Shown: positions 1 through 8,471 of the stretch, piece after piece | How positions within the stretch are numbered: the first letter of the stretch is position 1 | How the letters are laid out: each line of letters begins with the position of its first letter | Virus genome (UHGV): UHGV-0186980 | Direction: 5' to 3' (one strand) | DNA length: 44,857 nucleotides | DNA from: a virus | Notes under the pieces: generated by a model | What the model was told of the DNA's origin: nothing | Database searches by the model: none | The model's input: only the letters and a program-made list of their open reading frames with translations | Translations under genes and position numbers: made by a program

Positions 1-3000
1 AGCCCGTTTTCCAGCGCCGTCGTCCGGTTCCCGATGCTGGACAACGTATCGCCCTGCTGAGTGACTTTCGTGGTCAGGGTATCCACTGCTGACGCGGTGG
101 CATCGGCGATTTTCTGTGCGCGGTTCGCTGCGGTGACGTTGCGCAGATGCCAGTCTGCTGCATACCAGACCGTACCAAAGGGTGAACTCTGGTTAACCTG
201 CAGGAAGGGGCGCAGGAAATTCGTGTCAGACGGCACCGTAAAGCGCCATGTTGCGCGCTTCCAGGCCGCCGTGGTTTTCGTGTTACCGCCAGAAAGTCTC
301 GCTTTAACCCCTTCCGTCGCTGAGGTGCCGCTGGCGATATAGAGATTAAAATCGGCCTGACCGGCGCCGCAGGCTACCAGGGCCGACATCTCGAAGACAT
401 CACCCGGAGTGACAGCAATGTTGTTTATTTTTGGGACATGATCGCGGCCTGCCAGACGAACCACGTACGCAAACGGGCAATCCCCGGGCACGCCAGCAGC
501 GCCGGATGATACGACGTCATACCCCATGCGGTCGTAAGAAGGATCAAATGCCGGGTTAGGTATATAGTCATCCCCGGCTGCTTTTGCGGCGCTAATTGAG
601 CTGTTGAGGGAAGTGATATTACTGTTCGCTGCAGTCAGGCCACTTTCCGTCTTCTCCACTCGCCCGGTCAGTGACGTCAGCGCGCTCTGATCCGCCTTTT
701 TACTCACATTCGAGTTCGTCGTGGTCAGGTCATTCTGCAGCTTTGTGATTGCCTGGCTGTGGCTGGCCAGTTTCCCTTCCGCTGAGTCAACGCGACTGGT
801 CAGGTCAGTCACGGCAGAGGCATTTGCCTTCTTCGACACCCCGGTCGACGAAAAAACGTCGACTTTACGGATATACAGACGCGCACTGTTTGACGGTACC
901 CAGCCCCCGGCGGCAAACCGCAGATAGACATAATTCCCGGTAAAGTTTTCCGGAATGGTCAGCTCCACGGTTTTCGTCTGCCAGCTGGTCGTCACGCCAC
1001 TCAGCCACGGGGATTCTGAGGATAGCCAGGCGACAGGATTGCCCAAATCAGTTATCACACCAACGGTATCAGACGATACGCTGTTCATCGTTTCCGATGT
1101 TTTGTACTCAAATGAGACGGTAAGCGTCAGCCCGGCCTCAGCAGGGATACGCGTGACGTTGGCAACCCGAACAGAGCCGGTTGTCGTTCTCAGCGCTTTT
1201 TCACCTGCATCATACGTGAATGCCGAGCCGGTACCGGAGTTCTCCCAGAACGACAGATCCACATCCATGCCGCCGTTACTAATCAGGCTCCCTTCAGCCA
1301 GGGTGTTTTTCAGCATCGTCAGCTGGCCAGACTGTGTGGTCAGGTTGCCTTCCGTCGCGGATACCCGGTTGGTTAACGCCGTGACCGCGCTCGCATCGGC
1401 CTTTTTACTGACGTTTGAATTGGTTGTCGTCAGGTCGTTCTGCAGTTTAGCGATCGCGCTGCCCTGGCTGGTCAGCGTTTTATCCTGCTGGCTGACGCTG
1501 GACTGCAGGCCCGTGATGGCGTTGCTGTTTGCGGCCACGCCCGACTCTGCTTTACCGACGCGGTTAGACAGCGAGGTCAGCGAATTCCCCTGGCTGGTTA
1601 ACGTAGTGCCCTGCTGTTCAACCTTTTGCGTGAGGGACTGCAGCGCGGTTGCATCGGCTTTTTTACCCAGACTGGTTTCCAGCCCGCTGATTTTGCTGGC
1701 CTGTGCGCTTTGTGCGGTCGACAGGGAACTCAGCTCCTCCGCCACCGAGGATTTATTCTCGTTGAACTGCGTCTGCAGCGATTCCCGGGCTGTCACCTCT
1801 GCTTTATCAGCAGTGATACGGGCATTCATCTCCTGAAACAACAGGCCAGAGCGCAGGTCTGCCAGATTATTGCTTTCACTCGTCCCCCGCATCTGCGTGG
1901 CCAGCGTGGCTCGCTTATTCGCTTCTGCCGTATCGGCATTCGCACGGGCTGTCGATTCTTCGCGCAATGCTGCAGTGCTGGCTCCCGGCGTCGGTCGACC
2001 CACGGCAATCCAGTCAATGATGATGAAATTATCATCAGACTGATCCACCGTTAAATCGAGGCGAAACTGGACAACCGGCTTGCTGTCATCGCTTCCCCAG
2101 GGAATGTCCTGAATACTGAGAACAGCCCTGCCACTGCTGTCATAATCCGGCTCTGCGACGGTCAGCATGCGACTGTCGTTGAACGACTGACCTTCATAGC
2201 GCCAGCGGATTTGACCACTCCACGCGGGCGTCCCCGTTTTCTTAAGACGCAGTTTCAGAAAGCGGTACGCTGAGCCACTGATACTGATTCCAGGAGATGT
2301 AATGTAAGCATCTGTCGCATGGTTTGCCGGTCTCAGCCAGCCGTTTTCAACAACCGAAGGCGTGCCGCCGTTAGATGTCCAGCCTTCCCGGTCGTTATCA
2401 AAGTACCAGATAGCCTGGCTGTCAAACTGCTCCCCGGTTCCCGCCGAAATCTGAGCCATCTGTGTGGCCAGAGAATCATTCACATTCTGGATGATTTGCT
2501 GTGTCGACTCGATAGCTGCAACACGCTCGTTTTTTTCATTCAGCAGCTGGTCTGCCGCCTGCGCCGCTTTCGCGTTGACGTCCGCAATGCGGTCGGCAGT
2601 CTCCTGTTTTACCGCTTTGTCCCAGCCTGTATTCGCCTGGGCGATGGACTGTTTCAGACTGTTTTCAACCGTCTGCAGCTGGGATTTTAACGCAGCATCC
2701 CCTTCGGCCAGGGTTTTGTTAACGTCAGCGATCTGCTGGTCAACGGAGGCATTAATATCGCTCACGGCATCGGTGATGCTCTTGTTGACTGCCGTGATAT
2801 TGTCACTGAGCGTCTGATTTACGCTGTTGATATTCTCCGTTATCGACTTGTTGACCGCCTCTATCTGCCCGTCAACCTGCTGGCGGATCTCAGACGCGGA
2901 ATCATCAATACTCTGGTTAATATCGGTGACCTGCTGCGCGACTTCTTCACGAATAGCATCGGCGGTTTTTGTCAGCTCCTTGTGGGTCTCCTCAATATCC

Positions 3001-5510
3001 CGCTGGGCTTCCTGCCAGGCTTCCGTATCCTTAATCGCATCGGTCAGCTTGTCGTAATACTCACCGATATCGTCGCTGGCCATCCCCTGCACCCAGGCGG
3101 TCCACGGGCTTTCATTGCCGATACGATCAACGATCCGCGCGCGGTACCAGAATATCGCCGCAATCTGCAGGCCCATCTGCTGATACGTTTTACCCGGATA
3201 CGCCACATCAGACAGCGCCATCGCCCCGTTGCCGTTGGGATTAGGACTGTACTGCAGCTCGGTTTTCTGCGTATCGCCGCTCCCCTCCGGGAACTCCCAG
3301 TTCAGCTGCACGCCATGCAGCAGGGAAGTGGTGGTCAGCGCCAGCGGTGCCGACGGCAAACCGATTTTTCCGGTCAGCGTTTTCTCTTCTGAGTATGCCC
3401 AGCCGCTGGAGACCTCTGCAGCGTTGATCGCCCGGACACGGGCCAGATAACGACCGGCGTAAATGCCGCTGACCTCGAACGAGGTGGTCGAGCTGCGCGG
3501 CACGTTAATCCAGTTACCGTCATTACGTCGCCACTGCGCTTCATACGAAATCGCATCTTTCACCGCATTCCAGTGCACCTGCATCGTTTCAACGCTGATG
3601 CCCTGATTCACCACAGAATACGAGCTGATGACGATATTTTCCGGCGGTGACTGGTTCCCCGGAGGAATAACGCTTATCGGGCGCTGGTCGATGATCGCGC
3701 CGGTATCGATACGCGGAAATTTATCCGGGTCGTGGGCCACGCCGGTGATTGTATACGTGGCATTGTTGTTGTCCTTTACCCCAATCACGCGGTACTGCTG
3801 TGTATACAGATCGTCGGACTCAATAACCCATACGCACTCTGTTTCCGGCGTCTCACTGTAGGCCGTAGTGACTGTTATCTGCCGTCGACCGTTGACTGAC
3901 TGGATCGTCCGGGCCTGAGATATGCCTGACGGTAGGTTCAGCTGCAGCCGGTCACCGGCTTTTGCATCAGTATCCCGGTCAAGGGTAATCACCCGGCCAT
4001 TAACCGCACTGATACGCCCGCCGTTCACGCGTCCGGCCAGCAGTTCATCAGCCAGGCCAATGATGTAGCCCGGCTGCGGAATTTTGCCATCGAGACCGAC
4101 ATCGATTTCAACCATGCGGTCTTTGTTGTTGGTCAGAATGCCCCACAGCCCTTTCCTGTGGGCTTCGCTCTGCCGGGTACACCCAATGGCCGTCACTTCG
4201 AGCTGGTTAAAGCTGTAGCGGGAAACCAGCTCCGGGACGAACGCCGGTTCCATCGCATCAGCATACGCATTCGCCGGGTCGGACCAGGAGACCAGCGCGT
4301 TGGTGTAGCGGGCCTTGCTTGTGCTGCTCGAATAACGCGGTTTGCCAATAATGTTCGCCCGCGTGTAGTTGAAATCAACATCGCGCGGCATATCCGCCTG
4401 CACAACAATCTGCTCACCGCTCCAGCAGGTCATTCCCCGGAAAATAGCCGCAAAGTCACGCAGCACGGTGTAGGCATCATTGCGTTCCTGCACGTAAACG
4501 TTACAGAGATAGCGAGGCTCCATGCCATCGCCGCCCCTGCCATCGGGGACCATCTGATCGCAATACTGCGCAATCTGGTACAGCGTCCATTTAGAGATAT
4601 TCGCGCTGGTCAGACGGTTGCCGAGGCCAAACCGGTCTGAAACAACGATATCGTAATAAATCCATGCCGGGTTATCCGTCCAGGCCCATTTAAACCCGCC
4701 GGTCCAGGTGCCGGTATACTCGCGGCTCTCCGGGTTGTAGTTATCAGGAACGCGGATCACGCGCCCGCGTGGCTCACAGGAAATTTGCGGGATGGAACCA
4801 TTAAACTGGCTGGAGTCGAACTCGATATAGAGCAGCGCGGTATGCGGATAGCGCAGCTTCGCGTCGATTACTTCTGTGTAGCTCTGTAACGTCATCACAT
4901 CGCCGATTTTGACGCTGTTGGCGTCCGGCGATACTTTCCGCAGGCGGAGCGTCCATGTGCTCCCCGCTTGCGGCAGGTCGATGCGGTGGCTGCGCTCATA
5001 GCCGGAAGTGGTTTTCCCGGTAACCGCCGTTTCCAGCACGGTCTGCCATGCACCGCCATCTGTCTGCAAATCGATGGCGTATTTAACCGTGTTGCCCACC
5101 ACGTCACCATCATCTTCCTGCTTCATCAGGGACGGCCACTTCAGACGGACGCGGACGGCAGATAGCTGAGTATTTGTAAACGTATGGCTCCAGGCGGTTT
5201 CGCTGGATATTTCTGTTCCGACGCTGATTTCATTTTCAGTGCCGGGAATGCCTTGAATATATTTTTGTGCCTGTGTTCCGGGACGAAATTCCCAGGCCAC
5301 GCCGGAAAAGTTCTCTGACCCGTCGGCATTTAATAGCGGGGTACCATCGAGATAAATATCCTTGCCCGTTAATTCACCTGCAAATTCTCCCTCGCCCAGC
5401 GCGATGAGAATTTTGGCTTTTGCTACGGACTGTAAATCATCCGGCTGCTCCGTCGGCGTGCGCTGGCTTGAGCTGCCACCTTTGCGCCCTTTGATTATGT
5501 TATTTGCCAT
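1..5510 (-). CDS. J: Host specificity / central tail fibre protein J-like, with long C-terminal fibre-repeat extension; 3' end truncated by window
   Basis: ATG at 5510-5508, N-terminus MANNIIKGRKGGSSSQRTPTEQ resembles lambda J; same frame checked open at 2040-2099 and at 3-119; absent from ORF track, consistent with an edge-truncated ORF. Antisense ORFs in the track (955..1836+ etc.) are Ser/Val/Ala-rich junk. Confidence 0.75.
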   Translation of the reverse strand, partial: MANNIIKGRKGGSSSQRTPTEQPDDLQSVAKAKILIALGEGEFAGELTGKDIYLDGTPLLNADGSENFSGVAWEFRPGTQAQKYIQGIPGTENEISVGTEISSETAWSHTFTNTQLSAVRVRLKWPSLMKQEDDGDVVGNTVKYAIDLQTDGGAWQTVLETAVTGKTTSGYERSHRIDLPQAGSTWTLRLRKVSPDANSVKIGDVMTLQSYTEVIDAKLRYPHTALLYIEFDSSQFNGSIPQISCEPRGRVIRVPDNYNPESREYTGTWTGGFKWAWTDNPAWIYYDIVVSDRFGLGNRLTSANISKWTLYQIAQYCDQMVPDGRGGDGMEPRYLCNVYVQERNDAYTVLRDFAAIFRGMTCWSGEQIVVQADMPRDVDFNYTRANIIGKPRYSSSTSKARYTNALVSWSDPANAYADAMEPAFVPELVSRYSFNQLEVTAIGCTRQSEAHRKGLWGILTNNKDRMVEIDVGLDGKIPQPGYIIGLADELLAGRVNGGRISAVNGRVITLDRDTDAKAGDRLQLNLPSGISQARTIQSVNGRRQITVTTAYSETPETECVWVIESDDLYTQQYRVIGVKDNNNATYTITGVAHDPDKFPRIDTGAIIDQRPISVIPPGNQSPPENIVISSYSVVNQGISVETMQVHWNAVKDAISYEAQWRRNDGNWINVPRSSTTSFEVSGIYAGRYLARVRAINAAEVSSGWAYSEEKTLTGKIGLPSAPLALTTTSLLHGVQLNWEFPEGSGDTQKTELQYSPNPNGNGAMALSDVAYPGKTYQQMGLQIAAIFWYRARIVDRIGNESPWTAWVQGMASDDIGEYYDKLTDAIKDTEAWQEAQRDIEETHKELTKTADAIREEVAQQVTDINQSIDDSASEIRQQVDGQIEAVNKSITENINSVNQTLSDNITAVNKSITDAVSDINASVDQQIADVNKTLAEGDAALKSQLQTVENSLKQSIAQANTGWDKAVKQETADRIADVNAKAAQAADQLLNEKNERVAAIESTQQIIQNVNDSLATQMAQISAGTGEQFDSQAIWYFDNDREGWTSNGGTPSVVENGWLRPANHATDAYITSPGISISGSAYRFLKLRLKKTGTPAWSGQIRWRYEGQSFNDSRMLTVAEPDYDSSGRAVLSIQDIPWGSDDSKPVVQFRLDLTVDQSDDNFIIIDWIAVGRPTPGASTAALREESTARANADTAEANKRATLATQMRGTSESNNLADLRSGLLFQEMNARITADKAEVTARESLQTQFNENKSSVAEELSSLSTAQSAQASKISGLETSLGKKADATALQSLTQKVEQQGTTLTSQGNSLTSLSNRVGKAESGVAANSNAITGLQSSVSQQDKTLTSQGSAIAKLQNDLTTTNSNVSKKADASAVTALTNRVSATEGNLTTQSGQLTMLKNTLAEGSLISNGGMDVDLSFWENSGTGSAFTYDAGEKALRTTTGSVRVANVTRIPAEAGLTLTVSFEYKTSETMNSVSSDTVGVITDLGNPVAWLSSESPWLSGVTTSWQTKTVELTIPENFTGNYVYLRFAAGGWVPSNSARLYIRKVDVFSSTGVSKKANASAVTDLTSRVDSAEGKLASHSQAITKLQNDLTTTNSNVSKKADQSALTSLTGRVEKTESGLTAANSNITSLNSSISAAKAAGDDYIPNPAFDPSYDRMGYDVVSSGAAGVPGDCPFAYVVRLAGRDHVPKINNIAVTPGDVFEMSALVACGAGQADFNLYIASGTSATEGVKARLSGGNTKTTAAWKRATWRFTVPSDTNFLRPFLQVNQSSPFGTVWYAADWHLRNVTAANRAQKIADATASAVDTLTTKVTQQGDTLSSIGNRTTALENG

Positions 5511-5520
5511 ATCGCGTCCA

Positions 5521-5546
5521 TAAAAAAAGCCACCGCAAGGTGGCCT
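5521..5546 (-). terminator. Intrinsic terminator-like hairpin between I and J (GCCACC-GCAA-GGTGGC followed by T-run on minus strand)
   Basis: 6-bp GC stem, 4-nt loop, 7 A on plus strand = U-run for minus-strand transcripts; 12 nt upstream of J ATG. Confidence 0.5.
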
Positions 5547-5573
5547 GTACTGGAGGAATTACTGACTGATTAT

Positions 5574-6173
5574 TTATTGCTGGTCTTCGACGTATATTCC
5601 TGCGGAAATAATCGCGCCGCCAATTCGCCGCTTACCATAAAGCAAACCAACGGGATAACCCTGTGAGGCGGTATTTGTTACACCGCCAAAGGCATAGCTG
5701 GCTTTATTCTCGGGAGATTCTCTGCGGGCTAGACCTCCGGGCTGAGGGGAAAGCATCTGGACGACGCCGCCTAGCATCATGGCTGCGCCGCTGGTCATAA
5801 GGCTTGCAGCCAGTGGAGAAGCCGTCCCGCCCGAAACATACGTCATTACCGCGCCCACAACGACCAGCACTGCGCCAAGAATCGTTTGAAGAATTCCGGC
5901 CTTTTTACTACCAATGACGACAGGAACGATGCGGACTACTTCTCCTGTAGCAGGAAATCCCAAATCATCCTTACCAATATTCTTCTTGCCCCGGAAAACA
6001 GCAAAGGTCAGTCCCTGTTCCTTGCTGTTAAGCATGAATTTTTCGAACCCAGGAATGGTCGCCGCTAATGCGGCCCCCGCTTCATGAATTGTGCTAATTA
6101 AACGATAGTGGAACCTGCCAAAGGTTTTTCCCAAAACGCCAGAAAGCTCTATTCGTGTCATGGTTTCTTGCAT
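5574..6173 (-). CDS. I: Tail assembly protein I
   Basis: C-terminal half (MMLGGVVQMLSPQ, PVGLLYGKRRIGGAIIS) matches lambda gpI as remembered; position between K and J. Confidence 0.8.
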   Translation of the reverse strand: MQETMTRIELSGVLGKTFGRFHYRLISTIHEAGAALAATIPGFEKFMLNSKEQGLTFAVFRGKKNIGKDDLGFPATGEVVRIVPVVIGSKKAGILQTILGAVLVVVGAVMTYVSGGTASPLAASLMTSGAAMMLGGVVQMLSPQPGGLARRESPENKASYAFGGVTNTASQGYPVGLLYGKRRIGGAIISAGIYVEDQQ

Positions 6174-6218
6174 ATATATTCCATTTAAAAACCCGGTTAA
6201 GCCTAGTTTTAGTGTTAT

Positions 6219-6623
6219 TTACTGTCCGCATAGCTTACGTATAGCCATGTACCTAATAGTATCGGCCTCATCACGAACGTATACTTTACTGGATAAATAA
6301 TACTTTGGTGACATAAATGGCAATAATGTAGGCTCAGCAACCAGTGTTATAGCAAAGGGGGTCGGTCCGTTATAGGCACCAAAACTATTTCTCCCGTTAA
6401 CTTTCCCGATTATGCAATATGCGCCATTTCCAATATCTCTATCATTTATTTCTCTTGTTACCAAATCAGTAAATTCGGCACTATCAGGATCTTTCATTAT
6501 CCTTTTAATTTCTTTCTTCGCGATATCAGTAATCTGATCATTACCTGGCTTACAGCCTGCCAGGCAAATAGCGCATAAAAATACAGTTAAAAAATTCCTC
6601 ACTTGCTTCTCCTTTTCAGTCAA
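6219..6623 (-). CDS. Small lipoprotein moron (signal peptide with lipobox LAGC); possible superinfection-exclusion protein
   Basis: N-terminus ...RNFLTVFLCAICLAGCKPG; AT-rich insert between K and I; possible GTG start near 6603. Confidence 0.55.
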   Translation of the reverse strand: MTEKEKQVRNFLTVFLCAICLAGCKPGNDQITDIAKKEIKRIMKDPDSAEFTDLVTREINDRDIGNGAYCIIGKVNGRNSFGAYNGPTPFAITLVAEPTLLPFMSPKYYLSSKVYVRDEADTIRYMAIRKLCGQ

Positions 6624-6668
6624 AAACTTAAAGTCCCTTGTAGGATAAACCTGAATATGAAGAGAAGG

Positions 6669-7379
6669 CTAACACAGAGAGTGATGGCGAACGATTTTCA
6701 TCGTTCGGTCTAACCAGTACCCGCCATACGGCACTCGCTGGCTGAGGTGGCCATAGAGATGGTGCAGCAGCATGTTCCCTTCCAGCAGAATCCCGGCATG
6801 GTTCCACTTATCTGCCTGCACCTGCATGATGACCATATCGCCCGGCTGCGGCGGGCCATCAAATTCACGGAACCCGCATTCGTACCAGCAATCATGGTAG
6901 AAGTTATCCGGATAATCGTTTTCCCACCAGTGATAGTCGACACGGTAGTCATGCAGCTCGATGCCGTGGGTCTGCCGAAAATAACTCATCACCAGCCCCC
7001 AACAGTCGTAATGGCCAAGCACGAACGGTCGCTCGATGAGCGGCAGCTCACCCCTTGGATGGATGGTGCGGAGATCGCCTTCCGGCCAACTGATGATATG
7101 CCAGGGGAGCAGCGTGGCATCACACTGCGCTTTATCCAGTTCGCTGGGCTGAGTGGTCGCATCCGGATGGCTGTGAACAATACCGATGACCACACCCCAA
7201 TCTTCTACCTCTGCGTAATCTTCTGGAGCCAGGACGAAATTATCATTCGACTCGCTGGCCAGGTTCCTGCAGGGGAAATAGCGCTCAACACGCCCCTTCT
7301 GAGCAAGCAGCCCGCAGGCCTCTCGCGGGTACTCAGACGCAGCATGCGTCTGAATGGCTTTAATCGTTTTCTGACGCAT
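6669..7379 (-). CDS. K: Tail assembly protein K (JAMM/MPN + NlpC/P60-like)
   Basis: HSHP-x7-S-x2-D JAMM motif (IVHSHPDATTQPSELD) and YDCWGLV cysteine motif; position. Confidence 0.85.
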   Translation of the reverse strand: MRQKTIKAIQTHAASEYPREACGLLAQKGRVERYFPCRNLASESNDNFVLAPEDYAEVEDWGVVIGIVHSHPDATTQPSELDKAQCDATLLPWHIISWPEGDLRTIHPRGELPLIERPFVLGHYDCWGLVMSYFRQTHGIELHDYRVDYHWWENDYPDNFYHDCWYECGFREFDGPPQPGDMVIMQVQADKWNHAGILLEGNMLLHHLYGHLSQRVPYGGYWLDRTMKIVRHHSLC

Positions 7380-7380
7380 A

Positions 7381-8136
7381 TCAGCTCCTTATCAACGACG
7401 TGCCAGGGAACCCCCCGAACGGCAGCTCGTTGTTTTCACCAAAGCGCAATTTGCACGCCGAGAGCGTCCCATTGCAGACGTCCTTCGAAGGGTCATCGAC
7501 CGGTTTGTTGTTCTTATCGAAATATTTTGTCCCGGCATAATCACAACCATCGCCGCTGCGGTACTGGTTGCGAATACACCAGGTGCAAATCGAGTGGTAT
7601 TGCCGGGTAGGAATCATTAGCCCCTGCAGGTCCAGCGGGCTTGATAGGGTGAACTCCACCGCTTCATCGGTTTCAAGATTTTTGGCATCGATAAAATACA
7701 GCTGACGCTTTTCCTGCGTAGGGTCTGCGGACGCGTTTCCCTCCGTGAAATTTCGCGCATCGAGATACTGCTTTTGAGTCTCATGTATCGTGATCCGCGC
7801 CTGCGCCATGTCGTCGTAATACAGGCATAGCGCTGTAATTGATCCGTCGATATTGCCCACCCGCAGCGTTGGTTGCGCATCGCTCCCCGAGGTGCTGGAT
7901 TCAATCCCTTCCAGCTCGCACGGCCAGGCTTTATATTCGATACCCTGCCACCAGATACTTTTCGCGGGTAATGCTGCTTCATCCCCACCGGCAGCGATGA
8001 TTTCCTCTGCTGAATGTGGAACGTTATAACCGTGGAAATACAAGACCTCGCCCATATTAAAAGCGCGGCCGTCTATTTCGAACAACCGGATTTCATCACC
8101 CGGCTCCAGTTTCTGGTAATTTGCATTCAGACTCAT
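7381..8136 (-). CDS. L: Minor tail protein L
   Basis: C-terminal Cys cluster (CTWCIRNQYRSGDGCDY ... CNGTLSACKLRF) resembles lambda gpL. Confidence 0.85.
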   Translation of the reverse strand: MSLNANYQKLEPGDEIRLFEIDGRAFNMGEVLYFHGYNVPHSAEEIIAAGGDEAALPAKSIWWQGIEYKAWPCELEGIESSTSGSDAQPTLRVGNIDGSITALCLYYDDMAQARITIHETQKQYLDARNFTEGNASADPTQEKRQLYFIDAKNLETDEAVEFTLSSPLDLQGLMIPTRQYHSICTWCIRNQYRSGDGCDYAGTKYFDKNNKPVDDPSKDVCNGTLSACKLRFGENNELPFGGFPGTSLIRS

Positions 8137-8471
8137 GGTTTAAATCCCTGAATAAAAGTGGCTGAAAGTGAATAATTCCCGCCGCCCATCGGCACGGGCT
8201 TATATTGTTCACAACGGAATAGCCCCGCATCTTCAAGCGGCGGAGTCCACTGAAACGACTTTGTACCTGCATGCCGGTCCAGGAACTGTTTTATTGGTCG
8301 GATATACTCCTCAGTACCGACAAAACTCAACTCCCATTCCTGGGACCGGGTATTTAATCCGTCCCCTGAAACCTGCGTATACCCGTCACCAAATTCCGCC
8401 TTTCTGGTGCGAAACTTCACGGTTTGCGCAGGGTTTACCCGGGGACTCCAAGTGAATATCTCAATGGCCAT
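8133..8471 (-). CDS. M: Minor tail protein M
   Basis: 112 aa, FGDGYTQ and WTPP motifs as in lambda gpM; overlaps L start and H stop. Confidence 0.75.
   Translation of the reverse strand: MAIEIFTWSPRVNPAQTVKFRTRKAEFGDGYTQVSGDGLNTRSQEWELSFVGTEEYIRPIKQFLDRHAGTKSFQWTPPLEDAGLFRCEQYKPVPMGGGNYSLSATFIQGFKP

Noticed and set aside
955-3392. Long plus-strand ORFs in the track (955..1836, 1626..2054, 2319..2690, 2464..2817, 2982..3392 and others)
   Set aside because: They are antisense to the J-like gene, have Ser/Val/Ala/Cys-rich low-complexity products and no RBS; the minus-strand frame gives a coherent J-like protein.
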